DNA of 64,000 nt, from IMG/VR virus record IMGVR_UViG_3300032320_001881, positions 1 to 64,000 of that record. One strand, given 5' to 3'. Under the pieces are notes generated by a model. That model ran no database searches. It worked only from the letters and a program-made list of their open reading frames with translations, and was not told the DNA's origin. The translations under genes were made by a program, and so were the position numbers. Positions 27,736-42,700 of this stretch are shown one piece after another. This stretch comes from a virus (Duplodnaviria; Caudoviricetes). Each line of letters starts with the position of its first letter. Within the stretch, counting starts at the first letter, position 1.

Positions 27736-30700
27736 TGGCAGCGCAGATTCGTTCAGTAGATTTTCTGCCAGAGATATTTCAAACTCCGGTAAACACGCAA
27801 TTCCTGAACGCTACTCTCGACCAGTTAGTACAGGAACCGCAATATAAGCAAACACAAGGTTTTATTGGGCAAAAAGTTGGCCCAGGCGTAAATGCTAACG
27901 ACAATTATGTCATTGAACCAACTAAAGTTCGAAATGATTATCAATTAGAACCAGGTGTTATATCTTTAAATCCTGTTACTGGTAAAATTGATGATACTAT
28001 AACCTATCCTGGAATACTGGATGCACTATCGACACAAGGCGGAATTGTAAATCAACAGGACAGATTATTTGAAAGCGAATATTATTCTTGGGATCCATTT
28101 GTAGATTTTGACAAATATAGTAACTATTCTCAATATTATTGGTTGCCTAATGGGCCAGATTTAGTTACAGTAGCGCCAACATCTATTTTAACAACACAAA
28201 CTTTTACAGTTACTCGGGCTAATGGAGCTTACACGTTTAGCGGAGTACAAGGAAATAATCCAACATTAACACTGGTCCGCGAAGGAAATTATAATTTTGT
28301 AGTAGCACAAAATACAGCTAATGCGGTCGAGTATCGAGTTATTAATAATGGAACAAGTAGCTGGGCTATAAATCAAGAGCCTAACCCAACATTAACGTTA
28401 GTTCGCGGCAATACTTATACTTGGAATTTAGTACAAAATGATCCTTACAAATTTTTTATCAAAACCGAAGCATCGTTTGGTACAACCAATTTGTTCAACG
28501 AAGGTGTTACTAATAACGGAGCATTTTCTGGATTAGTTACATTTACTGTTCCACAAAATGCTCCCGACATTCTTTATTATTCTAATGATATACATTACAA
28601 TTTAAGGGGTCAGTTAAATATCATAGACGCTACTAGCGGTTCGGGCCCACAATTCTGGATACAAACACAACCGGGCATCGATGGTAGATTACCTTGGTCG
28701 CCTAACATCAGCGATAGAGATGTTCTAGGAGTATCAAATAACGGAACTGATTTAGGAACGGTTGCTTTTGATGTTCCATCTTTAACGGCACAAAGTTTTT
28801 ATCAAACTTTACCATATATTAACTATCCAGCTACTGGAGTAGGTACAGTTGATTTAATTTGTTCAACTTTTACCTTTAGTCAACTTGATGGTGTATTGGT
28901 TGATACATTTTTAGCAGCCAATCCTACTGGTATAGACGGTATAACAAATCTTAATTCGCGTACTTTAGTGTTTACTAACGATACAGATCCTACAGTAATA
29001 GCAAGTCTATGGCAAATTCAATATGTTTCTGGAGTGATACAATTAAACAGTATTCTTACAATTACAAATAATACCCAGTTTAGTATAACTTATGGAGCAG
29101 AATTTGTTAATACACAATGGTATAAAAATTCTTCTGGATTATACGAACAAATACCTTTATTAACTGCATCATTGCCGTATGTTTACTATCAAGATAGTGA
29201 AGATCCTACAATATTTGGACAAATAAAATTTATTACTGAAAATGTAAATTCAGCAGTGGCTCCGTTGGCAGTAATAGGACTTAATGCCACTGGAACTAGT
29301 GTAACATTAAATTTTACAACGCAGCTTACCGCTCCATATTCAATTGGAAGTTCTATTATTGTTAGTCAGATTAATCCATCTGGATACAACGGAACTTATT
29401 TTGTAACTGATTGTACCGTATCTTCGGTAACTTTTGACAGTACTGAAGACGCAGCGTACCTCGGTGGTGGTACAATAAATTCTATCAATGTCAATGCTTT
29501 TATAAATGTTGATACTGAAATAGTAGGACAAAAAAATTATGTTAGTCCTAATGGCATAACTTTTACTAACGGTTTAAAAATTATATTTCAAGGCAATGTT
29601 TTTCCAACTAGCTACGTGGGTAATACTTATTATGTGCAAGGCGTAGGATCTAGTATTGTTTTGGTACCGGCAACTAGTTTAATTGTCCCAGAAACATACG
29701 CTCAAGAAATTAATGGCGAGCCTGTACAACCTGATTATTTAACAATTAGTATAGCAAGCCCTGATCTCAATCCTTGGAGTCGTAGCAACCGCTGGTTTCA
29801 TGTAGATGTAATAGATGCGGCTGCCGCATATAATAATTTAAAACCTTCTTACACAAGTATTCAGAGAGCTAATCGTCCTATTTTAGAATTCCGTGCCGGG
29901 ACTAAATTATTTAATTTTGGAACTCAAGGAATCACTCCAGTTAATGTGATTGACACGACTCAAACTAACGCATTACTAAATGTAGCTGGACAATTTGGGT
30001 ACGGTATTGATGGATATACTTTAGTACAAGATAGTTTAGTTATTTTTTCGGCCGATGAAAATCCAGAGGTAAGAAATCAGATTTATCAAGTTGATTTTAT
30101 AGTAGTAGATCCAGAAACTTCTTTAGTGCCTATAATTGATTTGGTACCTATTAGTACTAACCCAGTATTAATTAATCAAGTAACAGTATGTACTAGTGGT
30201 AATACTCAAACAGGTAAAAGTTTTTATTATAATGGATCTGAATGGTTGGAGACACAACAAAAAACGGCTGTTAATCAACCTCCATTATTTGACGTATTTG
30301 ACAGCAGTGGATATAGTTTTGCTGATCCTATACAATATCCAAGTAGCAACTTTAATGGGTGTAAATTATTAAGTTATGCTGAAAATGCCAACAATCCAAT
30401 TGATACGGTATTAGGCATTCCATTAGCATTTTTTAGTATTGATAATATTGGTGATATATTATTTGATAATAATTTATACACTGACTCGTTTATATATACA
30501 CCAGTTGGCGGCACAGGCACAATTATGGAAGTTAGTTCTGGGTTTGTACGGCAATATTCAGATCGCGTTTCCTTTACTCGTGAGATTGGTTGGCAAACAG
30601 CCGCTATACCGTCTTTAGCTAGGCAGCAATTTCAATTTAGTTATTCAGGAGCGCCTTTACAATTTGACATTGTTATTGAAACAAATTTAGATGTTCCGCC

Positions 30701-33700
30701 TGCTCAGATATTCATTAATAGTCTTTATCAAGAACCGTTAACATATACACTTTCTGTTGATACCACAACAAATACATCAAGTATTACGCTTAATGGTTCA
30801 AGTTATGTAATTGGGGATATAATCGAAGTATTAGTTTATAGTCAACAAGTTAGTAATCAGGGGTTTTATGAAATACCTATTAATCTTGAAAACAATCCTT
30901 TTAATGAAAATTCATCCCAATTTAGTTTAGGTACAGTTCGTAATCACTATAATACCATTTGTCAAAATTTGACTGAGCTTCACGGACCAATAAACGGTAG
31001 AAATAATACTCGTGATTTAGGAAACATTATTCCTTACGGGCAGTTAATACTACAACAATCGTCGCCACTAACACTAACAGGATATTTTTTACGTTCCGCA
31101 AATTATAACATTTTTGCGGCTTTAGATTATAATAATCGCGAATATACAAAATACAAAAATAAATTGTTAACAGCAGTAACACAATTAAATTTAAACGGAA
31201 CTGAAACAGTAGCTCAAATATTAGATTTAGCTATAAGAAATATTACTACAAGTTTAACTGATTTGGACCCTTTCTACTGGTCAGACATGTTACCAGTTGG
31301 AACAAATTATACTTCGACAACAACAGTCATAAATCCTATCACAACAAATGTGTTTAATACTACACAGTTATATAATTTTACATCATCAAACTATTTAGGA
31401 TTATTAGTATACGTTAATAATGTATTATTACTGCGTGGTAGTCAGTATACTGTTTCTACAGATGCTCTTAAATTAACAATTCATGTTCCTTTAAATGTAG
31501 GCGATATTGTTACTATTAATGAATATCCGACTACAATACCTAATTGGTGTCCAAACACACCAAGTAAAATGGGTTTATATCCTAAATATACTCCGAGTAT
31601 TTTTATTGACGACACATACTCTGAACCAACAGAAGTGATACAAGGCCATGACGGTAGTATTACTATTGCGTTTGGAGATATTCGTGATCAAGTATTGTTA
31701 GAATTTGAAAAACGGATTTATGATAATATTAAATTAGATGATAATCCAATTCCTTTGGCTACTGACGAAGTAGACGTAAGTTTTTATCCTAATCAAACAA
31801 CAGGATTATTGCCAGGATTCTTCCGTGATACGCCATATACCTATCAAGAAATTAATACAATTATAAGTGAAGATTTCTTATCTTGGGTAGGACAAAATAA
31901 AGTCGATTATACTACACAAAATTATATAGCAAATAATCCGTTTACATGGAATTATAGTCAAGCTGCTAATAGAATAGATAATCAAGTATTTTTACAAGGT
32001 AACTGGCGCGGCATTTATCGTTATTTCTATGATACAGAAACTCCTAATTCAACTCCTTGGGAAATGGTTGGATTTTCTGAAGAACCAGATTGGTGGGTGT
32101 TACGATATGGCCCTGCCCCTTATACATCGGGCAACACAGTATTATGGGATGATTTAGAAGCAGGTATTGTTGGTAATCCTGCCGGACCATATGTTCTTCC
32201 TGAATACATCCGCCCTGGCTTGAGTAAAATTATTCCAGCCGGCACATCAGGAGAATTATTACCGCCTAATCTAAGTATTATGGGCAGGAATAATCCTTAT
32301 GGATTCCAACAATCGTGGGTAGCGGGTGATGGCGGACCTGTTCAAGCATCTTGGTGGAATAGCAGTTCTTATCCTTTTGCAATTATGCGTATGCTGGCTT
32401 TAACTAAACCGGCACAGTTTTTCTCTTTATATGCGGATAGAGATTTATATCGTTATAATACTGAATTAGGGCAATACTTACTTAATAATCGGTATCGTTT
32501 AGATGCTTCTGGTGTACAAGTGTATGGAAACGGTGTAAGCAAAGCGTCATACATAAACTGGATTGTGGACTATAATCAGCAATTTGGAGTTAATAGCACA
32601 ACCGATTTAACTACAGATTTAGCAAATTTAGATGTACGTTTATGCTATCGTATGGCATCTTTTTCTGATCCTGTATACATTAGACTTTTTACTGAGCGTG
32701 CCGGTCCTAATTCTACTAACAATAGTTTGCTTATTCCAACATCTAGTTATGATTTATTATTTTACAAAAATCAACCGTTTAATCAAATTACATACAGTTC
32801 TGTAATTGTACAAGTAGAACAACTAGGTGCTGGAGGCATTGGGTATTCAGTTCAGGGTTATAGTAATATTCAACCTTATTTTGAAATATTACAAAGTAAT
32901 CCAGTAGGACTTTATTCTACAATTACAGTTAACAACTTATCTGTACAGGTACCATCTCAGTATACCGCTAATATTAAACAAATTCCATATGGTTATGTTT
33001 TTACCACGCCTGCTAGTGTATGCGATTTTTTACTAAGCTACGGCGCATGGCTATCTAGTCAAGGCATCGTGTTTGATAACATCTTCAATGGTTATACTTT
33101 AAATTGGTCGCAAATGTGCGAAGAATTTTTAAATTTTGCCTCGCAAGGATGGGAGCCAAATACAATTATTAATTTAAATCCTTGTGCAACTAAAATTACT
33201 GCCAGTCAACCTATTAGTATAGTGGATACTGTAGCAAGTGTCACACCAGAAAATATGTTATTAGATCAAAATGCTTCAGTTTTGGATGTTAGAAATTTGA
33301 TAGTTTATCGTGAAGGTGATTTATTTTCTATTACCACAACTAACAGTCAAACAATAAATTATTTAACTTTAAAATTTACAAATTATGAAGACATGATTGT
33401 GTTGAACAATACAACTCAATTTAATGATTTAATATATGATCCAGTAACAGGTTTACGACAATCTAGATTGAGTTTGATTGCTTCTACTACAACAGAATGG
33501 GATGGGCAATTGAATGCTCAAGGTTTCATATTAAATCTTAATAATGTTGAACAATGGAAACAGTACACCAAATATACTAAAGGTGAAATTGTATTATATA
33601 AAAATACATATTGGCAAGCATTAATTATAAGTGAGCCTCAACAAACTTTTAATTACACAGAATGGGTAAAGAGCGATTATCAACTGATTGATAATGGACT

Positions 33701-36700
33701 GCTACCTAACTTAGCCAATAAAGCTGATCAATTAATCACCACTTATAATGTTTATCAAGCTAATTTAACATCTGATAACGATTTGTTTGCATTTGGTTTA
33801 ATAGGATTCCGTCCGCGTCAGTATATGACTAATTTAAATCTTAACGATGTTACTCAAGTACAACTTTATCAGCAATTTATAGGAACCAAAGGATCTTTGC
33901 GAGCCGCAGAAATATTTAATAATGCTCAATTAAACCGTAATGAGAGTGGAGCATATAATGTTTATGAAAATTGGGGAATACTATCTGGCACCTATGGGGC
34001 GCAAGCAAATAAGAGTAACTTTGAGTTGCAGCTAAATCGGGCGCTGTTGTCATATAATCCGTCTACCATACAAATTATTAATCCAGGTGAAACTAGTCAA
34101 GCTAATCAGCAAATTTATCTTTCTCAATTATGGAAAGAAAGTTATAATATAACTTCTACTGATATTTTGCCAACTACTTATAACGGCAGTAATACTCCAA
34201 CCGCGTTACCATCAGCAGGTTATGTATGTTTAGACGATATCGATGTAACTGTATTCAGTCTTGAAGATCCATCATCTATAGAAGCTAATATAAACACGAT
34301 AGGCATTGGGACTTATATTTGGATAGCTAAAATTAATCCTTATAATTGGGGAGTTTATAGAACAACAGCAGTAAGCGCAACTATGACTCAATTAAGTGAT
34401 AATTTAAACGGAACTAGTATAGTTCAATTTAATAATACACATAATTTATTAATTGGTGATTTAATTATTATAAAATATTTTAATAATGCGGTTGATGGAG
34501 TTTATAGAGTATTAGCTACTCCGACACCTACAACACTCACTATAGCATTTAGTTTTACAAAAACTAATGTAACAACAGTTTCGGGTATAGGTCTCGTATT
34601 ACATTTACAAAGTGCTAGAGTAAGTCAAGCAAGCGATATTTCAACATTACCTTATGTTAATAGTTTAATTCCAGGAGCAATAGCTTGGGTTGATAATGAT
34701 GGCGAAGGACGTTGGGAAGCAGTACAAAAACAAAGTCCGTTTGCTACAAGTTCTGCTTTAACACCCGGATTAGCTGCTGTTAATCAATATGCTGCAAGCA
34801 TAGCGCAAACTCAAAATAATCTTTTTGCATTAGTAGGTGCGCCTACCGGAGCCAACGGGGAAGGTAGAGTACTAGCATATTTCAAAGATATATTAAACGA
34901 CTACCAATTTAGTGCTGATTTAAGACTTAATGTTCCAGAAACTAGTAATTTTGGCAATATGTTATCCTTTGGAGCATCTAATTGGGCAGTAGCTGGTGCT
35001 AATACTAGTATGTCGGGCACAGGATATGCGGCTGTAATCTATAGGGCTTCGGGAGCAGATTCGGCAGCTATATCACAAATATTAGTTCCTCCCGATCAGA
35101 ATTTTAGTCCAATAGGATTTGGAACATCAGGAGTAGTCAGTGCGGATGAACATTGGATGTATATTGGAGCGCCCGAAGCTAATTGTGTATATGCTTATGA
35201 AAAAGTAATAGTAGAAGATCAATCAATACAATATATTACAGCTAATAATAGTTTATCTTATAGATATAATAACGATTTGCAGATTAATTACTTAAATCCA
35301 GCACAATTAAAAGTATATCTTGGTAGCAACACAGAATTTATAAAGAATACTTTGTTAACTTATGGTGTTAGTTATACAATCGATGCTTCTAGCATAACAT
35401 TTTTAAATAATACACCACCTGCAAATGGTCTTTACCTAACAATAGTCCGTAATGAATTGCAACAATTAGATGAAGTAACATATTACCAAAGAATTCAAAA
35501 TTCAGTAATAGGAGTTGGGACCGGAGCTTCATTTACAGTACAAGATATTAGAGGAGTGTATTATCCAACATTAGAATTTGGCGGTCAAAATTATGGTATT
35601 GGAGATGTTCTCACTATAAATGGAACACAATTAGGTGGAACCAATCCTGCTAATAATTTAATTATTACGGTTACAGGTGTAAACATATTAGGAACAATCG
35701 TTGGATTCTCTTATAGCGGCACTGGAATTACAAATGGTAATAATTTTGTGTTAAATCAATATTTGTATAATGCTACTACTATTAATAATTTTGTAGTGCG
35801 TGTTAATGGAGTTATACAAAGACCTTATTTAGATTATACATTTAATTCATCTAATACTACTTTAACATTCATTACTATTCCGCCAGCCGGGGCAACTATC
35901 TATGTATCTACAAGTACTTACTGGCAATATGTAGAGAAAATCTCGTCGGCACAATCTTTGGAAAACGATAGATTTGGGGCTACAGTAACAACTACTACAG
36001 ACGGTAGACAAATTACAATCGGCGCCCCAAATTCAAACACTAGTACTGGTAAAGCCTATGTGTTTGATAGAAGTGTTCTTCGTTTTATAGTAGCCGATCC
36101 ACTACAAACAACATATACTGCTCCAGGTAGCATAACCGCACCTGTATCAGTAAGTGTTAACGGAGTGTATTTGTTGACTACAGCACAATCTACAAAAGGT
36201 CAATATACTATTAACGGCAATAATGTTGTATTTTCTAATATAACATTTAATTACGGAGATATAATTGAGATTGGTACAAATCAAATAACACAAATACAAG
36301 AATTGTTTAGTAAAACACCTAACGCTAATGCTCAGTATGGATTTGCTATTGATACTTGTCCGTTAAATTGCAGTTTATATCTTGGGGCACCATTTGATAG
36401 TACTGGACTTGACCTTTCTGGATCGGTCGATCACCAAGTTAATCAATCTCGAGTATATGGAATAACAAGTTCTACTATAGCCAATCCAACATTAAATGTA
36501 GGAGGTACTTTAAGAATAAATGATATTCAAGTAACATTAACTCCTAGTGTTAATAACACAGTTGAAAGTTTGGCCGCAGCTATAAATGTTGCTAATATTC
36601 CAAATGTGTTAGCATCTACAACACCTAATTTAGAATTTCTAGCAGACGGTAGCACCAAAATCTTCTTCATAGGAGATTTATATTCGTCGGCAAGTTCCTA

Positions 36701-39700
36701 CACTACGTTAGTCTACATCGATAATATCAAACAAACTGTAGATGTAGATTACACCTATAATAATTCTACACAAAGCATTTATTTCCTTTATGCTCCGTTG
36801 GCTGGCAGAAAGGTTACAATTATTTCAGGTCGATTAACTATATCAGTTAAAAATATGAATACTGCTATACCTTACAATTATGTAACAGTATTGCCTGGTA
36901 CAGTACAGTCATTATTCAATCAATTAGGATTCAATACTTTTGTATTCACACAACAAATATTAAGCCCTGCGCCAGTGTTTAATGGACAGTTTGGTGCTAG
37001 TATAAGTATAGATACTTCGGCTGTTAATTTAATTGTTGGTTCTCCTAATGGAAATGTATACGAACCAACAATATTTGATAATAACCAAACATTTTTTGAC
37101 GAACGTAGTACAACATTTTTTAATCCAATTATCAACGGTGGCGTAGCTTATACCTATGATTATTTCCCAAGTAGTAAAAAGAGTATAAGCGATCCTGGAC
37201 AGTTTGCATTTGGGCAACAAATTTACATCAACAATAAAAATATAAGTGTGAAGTCAGGAGACCGGTTTGGTACATCTGTAAGTTATGTAAGTGGAAAATT
37301 AATGGTAGGCGCTACTGGTGGTACAGATAATAATACCACTTCGGCTGGATATGTTGCTATATTTCAAAATCCTGACAATACACCATCTTGGAAACCTATA
37401 AGAATTCAGCAACCCGTTGTTGATGTATATGGAATTAACGGAGTTTTTTCGTATAACGGCGAACAATCGGCGGGAGTCAATACTACCTTAACAGGACAAT
37501 ATCAAACATATTTTGATTTCTTCGATCCACTACAAGGAAAAATATTGGGAGTAGCTCGTAGCAATATTGATTATATTGGCGCGGTTGATCCGGCTCAATA
37601 TAATCAAGGCTCAGTACATAATAATGGACAAACTTGGGGCAGCCAACATATTGGACAGATGTGGTGGGATACTGATACTGTAAGATTTATTGATCCAAAT
37701 CAAGATGACATAGTGTATGCTAGTAGACGATGGGGTCAAACATTCCCCGGTAGTACTGTAGACATTTACCAGTGGGTTGAAAGCGTCAATCCTCCGTCAA
37801 ATTATACTGGAGTAGGGACACCATTAAGTACAACAAGTTATGTTATTTCCAGTCAGTTAGGACAAAATAACATCTTTACAACTCTTTACTATTTCTGGGT
37901 AAAGGGAATAACTACAGTTGCGACTGGAGCAGGAAAAACATTAAGTCCAGTTGCTGTATCTACATACATACTTGATCCTAAAAGTAGTGGATTACCTTAC
38001 ATAGCCGGCCTTAATGCTTCCACAATAGCAATTTATAACGCACAAAATTTATTAAACGCCACAAATACAATTTTAAGTATTGGATTTGATAGAGAAATCA
38101 CAGATGCGGTAATACATCAAGAATATCAAATTATTACAGATGGTGTAGATTCATCCTTTTTGAACACAAATTTATATCGGAAATTTTTAGATAGTTTATG
38201 CGGCCTCGATACAATAGGTAATCCAGTTCCGGATCCTTTATTAAGTCCCGGCATGAAATACGGAGTTCAATTCCGTCCTCGGCAAAGTATGTTTGCTGAT
38301 AGATTTACAGCATTAGAAAACTATTTAGGTCGTGCTAATAAAGTATTGGCACAATTTCCGATTACAGAAACTCGTAGTTTTAATTTATTAAACAGTTCTG
38401 AACCAATTCCTGCTTCAAATATTACTGTTACAGCTGGCAATTTTGTTATAGGGACAACTTATATTATTTTTACAGTAGGAACTACTGATTTTACAGCAAT
38501 AGGCGCAAGCAGTAATACAGTAGGGGTAAATTTTATTGCTACAGGCAGCGGCTCTGGCACTGGGTCAGCAACCACTATTATCTGGAACACAAAAGTAGCT
38601 AATTTAGAAATATTAAGTTATCAAAATCTTTCTGCTATTCCAGTTGGTTACAAATATCTAGTGCTTTCGGACAGTTCTCAAAATGGTCGCTGGACTATAT
38701 ATGAAATTACCGCTCCACAAGTTTTAACATTATATCAAGTGCAAAGTTTTGACACTCCAGCATATTGGTATTATGTTAACTGGTACTTGCCCGGTTATAA
38801 TTCTTCTATAGCTCCAGTGGCCGCTGTACCAAATTATGGAAAATTATCAACTTTAAGTTTAGCTACAGCTCCTATTGGTAGTTCAGTAAGAGTTAATAGT
38901 AATGGGGCGGGCAAATTTGAAATATATTTGCGTTCAGGACCAGATCCTTATGTTGGATGGACTCGGGTAGGATTAGAGGATGGTACAATAGCTTTTGAGG
39001 AATCTTTGTGGAATTATGCCGCTGGAAATTTTGGATTTGATGCTCAAGTATTTGATTCTCAATATTTTGATGAGACTCCTCAAGTAGAAACCAGATATAT
39101 TCTACGGGCCTTAAACGAAGAAATTTATGTTGAAGATTTACAATACGAGCGTAACAGTAGTTTAATATTGATGTTTAACTATGTTTATAGTGAATTTATT
39201 GATCCGTCATGGTTAATTAAAACTAGTTATGTTGATGTTAATCACGAAATTCGTTCGTTATTACCATATCAATCATATTTTTCTGGAAATCAAGATTTTG
39301 TTTTAGATTATTTCCAAGAAGTAAAACCTTATCATGTACAAGTTAGACAATTTAATTTAATTTATACGGGTAATGATGATTTCTTAGGTGATATTACCGA
39401 CTATGATTTGCCGGCTTATTATAATCCAGCACTATCTGAACCACAATTTGTTAGTCCAATATTAACTCCATATACTGAAGCTATCACTACTAGCCATTCT
39501 TCGGCTAGTAATACAGCGCCTAATGCTCAAATCTGGCAATATCCAAGTTTGTATAGCCAATGGTATGAAAATTATTTGTTAAGTATTGAAGCAGTAATTA
39601 TTCCTAATAGTGGAGCCGGCTATACTTCTGCTCCAGTGGTAACAGTTACAGGTACTTGTATAGAACAAGCATTAATGACAGCTATTATAAACACTTCAGG

Positions 39701-42700
39701 TCAAGTTATTGGAATTATTATTGATAATCCAGGTTCAGGATATACTACAGATGCTGTTATAACTATAAGTGGCGGTGGCTTACCGGGGGCACCAACTCCT
39801 TGGTCAGCTGGGTTAACAGTTGTATCAAATGAATCTATTATAACTTCTGAAAATACTATCTATGAAGTTACTGATGCTGGTACATTAGGTAATGTAGAAC
39901 CTATTACTAGAATTATTGAAGCAGGCAATTTTATAGTAGGCTCAACATATACAATTCAATTTGTAGGCACAACTAATTTTACAGCTATTGGTGCTACTAG
40001 CAACCAGTCTGGTATAGTGTTTGTGGCTACCGGTACTGGAAATGGTACTGGAACAGCTATTACTAATACAATTATAGTAACAAATGGAACGGCTATTTTA
40101 CAATTTGTCGGCCAAACAGCTCGTGCTGTTTCAATTATGGGTAATAATTTGGTCCGTTCTTTTAACTTAGCTTTAAAATATGATCGTTACGAATATCAAT
40201 CGAATATAGTTAACTGGACTCCTACAGAATTAATCATCATATCCTTAACAAATGTATTAGCATCTAATGGCGTTGCTACAGCAACCTTCGAATATGAGGA
40301 AACTACAGTACCTTTCTTAACTGGCAACAGTATTTCTATAAACGGTGTATCTATATCAGCACTAAACGGAAATTATTCGGCATTGACTTGCTCAACAATT
40401 AATTTAACTTACGCTACTCAATATACAGGGATTGGATACAATGGACAATTAACCGGCACAGTTCTAGTCAAATATATTAATGGAACACAAGTTCGTTATA
40501 ATAATATTGTATATGCAGCTAACGGAGCAGCTGGATATGTACAAAATTCTATTTTTGATCCTATAGAGTGGACAGAAGTTAATGCTAGCACATTAAGTGG
40601 TATTAATCGTACACAAGGTTTTTATGTAGGAACGGTTAATAATCCGGGACTTAATCTGCCATTATTAATTGACGGGATAGATTATCCAGGAGTACAAGTA
40701 TCGGCAGTAACATTTGATCAGGATACAGGTTTTGATCGTGGTAATTTTGATATTAATGTATATGATAATATTTCTCTTGACGCCAACGGTCGACCAACTT
40801 ATGATTTAGGCATACTTAATACTATATTTGAAAGTTCTTATCTTGATCCATACTTGGGAATCCGCCCATCAGATATTAATATAAACGGCGGCAAATATAT
40901 AGATGCTTTTGCGAGTCATGCTCCTGAAGAATTAGTACCTGGCATTGAATTTGACACACTAGATTTCCGTGTTTATACGACACCAGGAGCAGATTGGCTA
41001 AGACGAGGGCACGGTTTTTCACAGGTTACAATACAAGCAATTTATAATATTAGCAGTCCAACTATAAGTTTTGCTGGATCGCAACAATATCCATTTACTA
41101 TAGAAATTGTAGATAGTACACAGGGATATAATTTATCTCAAGGGTTTGATTATACAATCGATTGGGTTAATCAAACAATTACTATTCTTAACTCGTCATT
41201 ATTGGTCGCTAATGGCGACCAATTAGGAATATATGTTTATGAATTGGGCGGCGGAAATCAACTATATAGAAATGTTTATAACGGCGCCAATGTTGGCAAT
41301 AGCCTAGTAATTCCTGTAGCATATGGTTTAATACAAGAAATTGTTATATTTGTAAATGGGGTTCAAACTTTAGCATTTACATTTGTTGATAATAATAGTG
41401 TAACATTTGGTACAACATTAATTAACTTTACTAACACTTATGGTTCAACTGATTTTATTAGTTTAGTGGCTATAGGACTTACTACAATTGATAACGTAAC
41501 TACAAACTATAGTTGGAGTGTACCAACTACTCAGTATTTGACGGCTGTAACCGGTCAATTTGTATATGATTTAGATCCGACGATAAGTTTAGAGTATACT
41601 AATCCATCAGTAGCGTTGGTTACTATTGGCGGAGTAACAGCAATAGGGGAGGCTGGAGTTCCTTATGTTGGAAATGGTAATGTTGTCGGATACATATTAC
41701 CAGAGCGCACAGGCATAGATTATACCACAATATCTGACTCTAATGTTAAAGTATATGTTGATGGAATATTACAAGTTAATCCAACAGATTATACCTTACC
41801 AGCTTATACTGGATTTAGCGGAGATTATCCACAAGATAATTACGACATCGCTCCTTTCGATCTTGACATTAATACTAAATTTGTTCTATTTGGTACAGCA
41901 CCAGCAGTTGGATCTGAGATTTATATTACTGTAGATAACTTAGCACAATATGTTATTGACCCAGTAGCACAAACATTAACATTTATTTCTGGCGCTGGAA
42001 TAGTGCCGTCGGACGGTCAGATTATTTCTGTAATTACATTTAACGATACTAGAGAACAACGTTTGTCTACACAAATATTTGTTGGTCCTGTTACACAAGG
42101 TATTACATTCTCTCAGGGATATGATATAACTTTATATTCTCCGCCAGTAGAAAATGACAGTCCAGGATCTTTTAGTTATGAAGAAGGTCAAGTAATTTCT
42201 GTAAATGATTTTGTGCTCTATCAATCATACACAGATGCATCCCGTGCTTGGGTAATTAAAAATGGCAGAATATTAACACCTTTCATAGAGTATAGCATAG
42301 AGGGAAATGTATTAACATTAACAAATGGTGTAATTGGGCCAGCAGATGTTGTACAAGTAACTAATGTTACTAGTTCAATAGTACCAGAAGCTATGGAATT
42401 TAGAATATTCCAAGATATGCGTGGTATACAAGCAACTTATCGTATGACACCTTCTACTACAACTACAGTTGCACAGGCAGCTACGGCCACAGCTGATATT
42501 ATATATGTAGCTAATGCTAGCGCATTAAGTATTCCTGATTTTGCCGCTAATGTTTGGGGAGTCGTAACTATTGATGGCGAACGAATTATGTATCGTAATA
42601 TCGATTTGGCTGCTAACACTATCAGCAGTTTACTTCGTGGCACAGCTGGCACTGCAGCAGATTCACACGATGTTGGAGCCTATGTTTATGATATGGGCCG

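Noticed and set aside
38432-40059. Duplicated modules as a diversity-generating retroelement template/variable repeat pair
   Set aside because: Both copies are in-frame coding sequence, differences are not adenine-specific, and no reverse transcriptase is present in the window.
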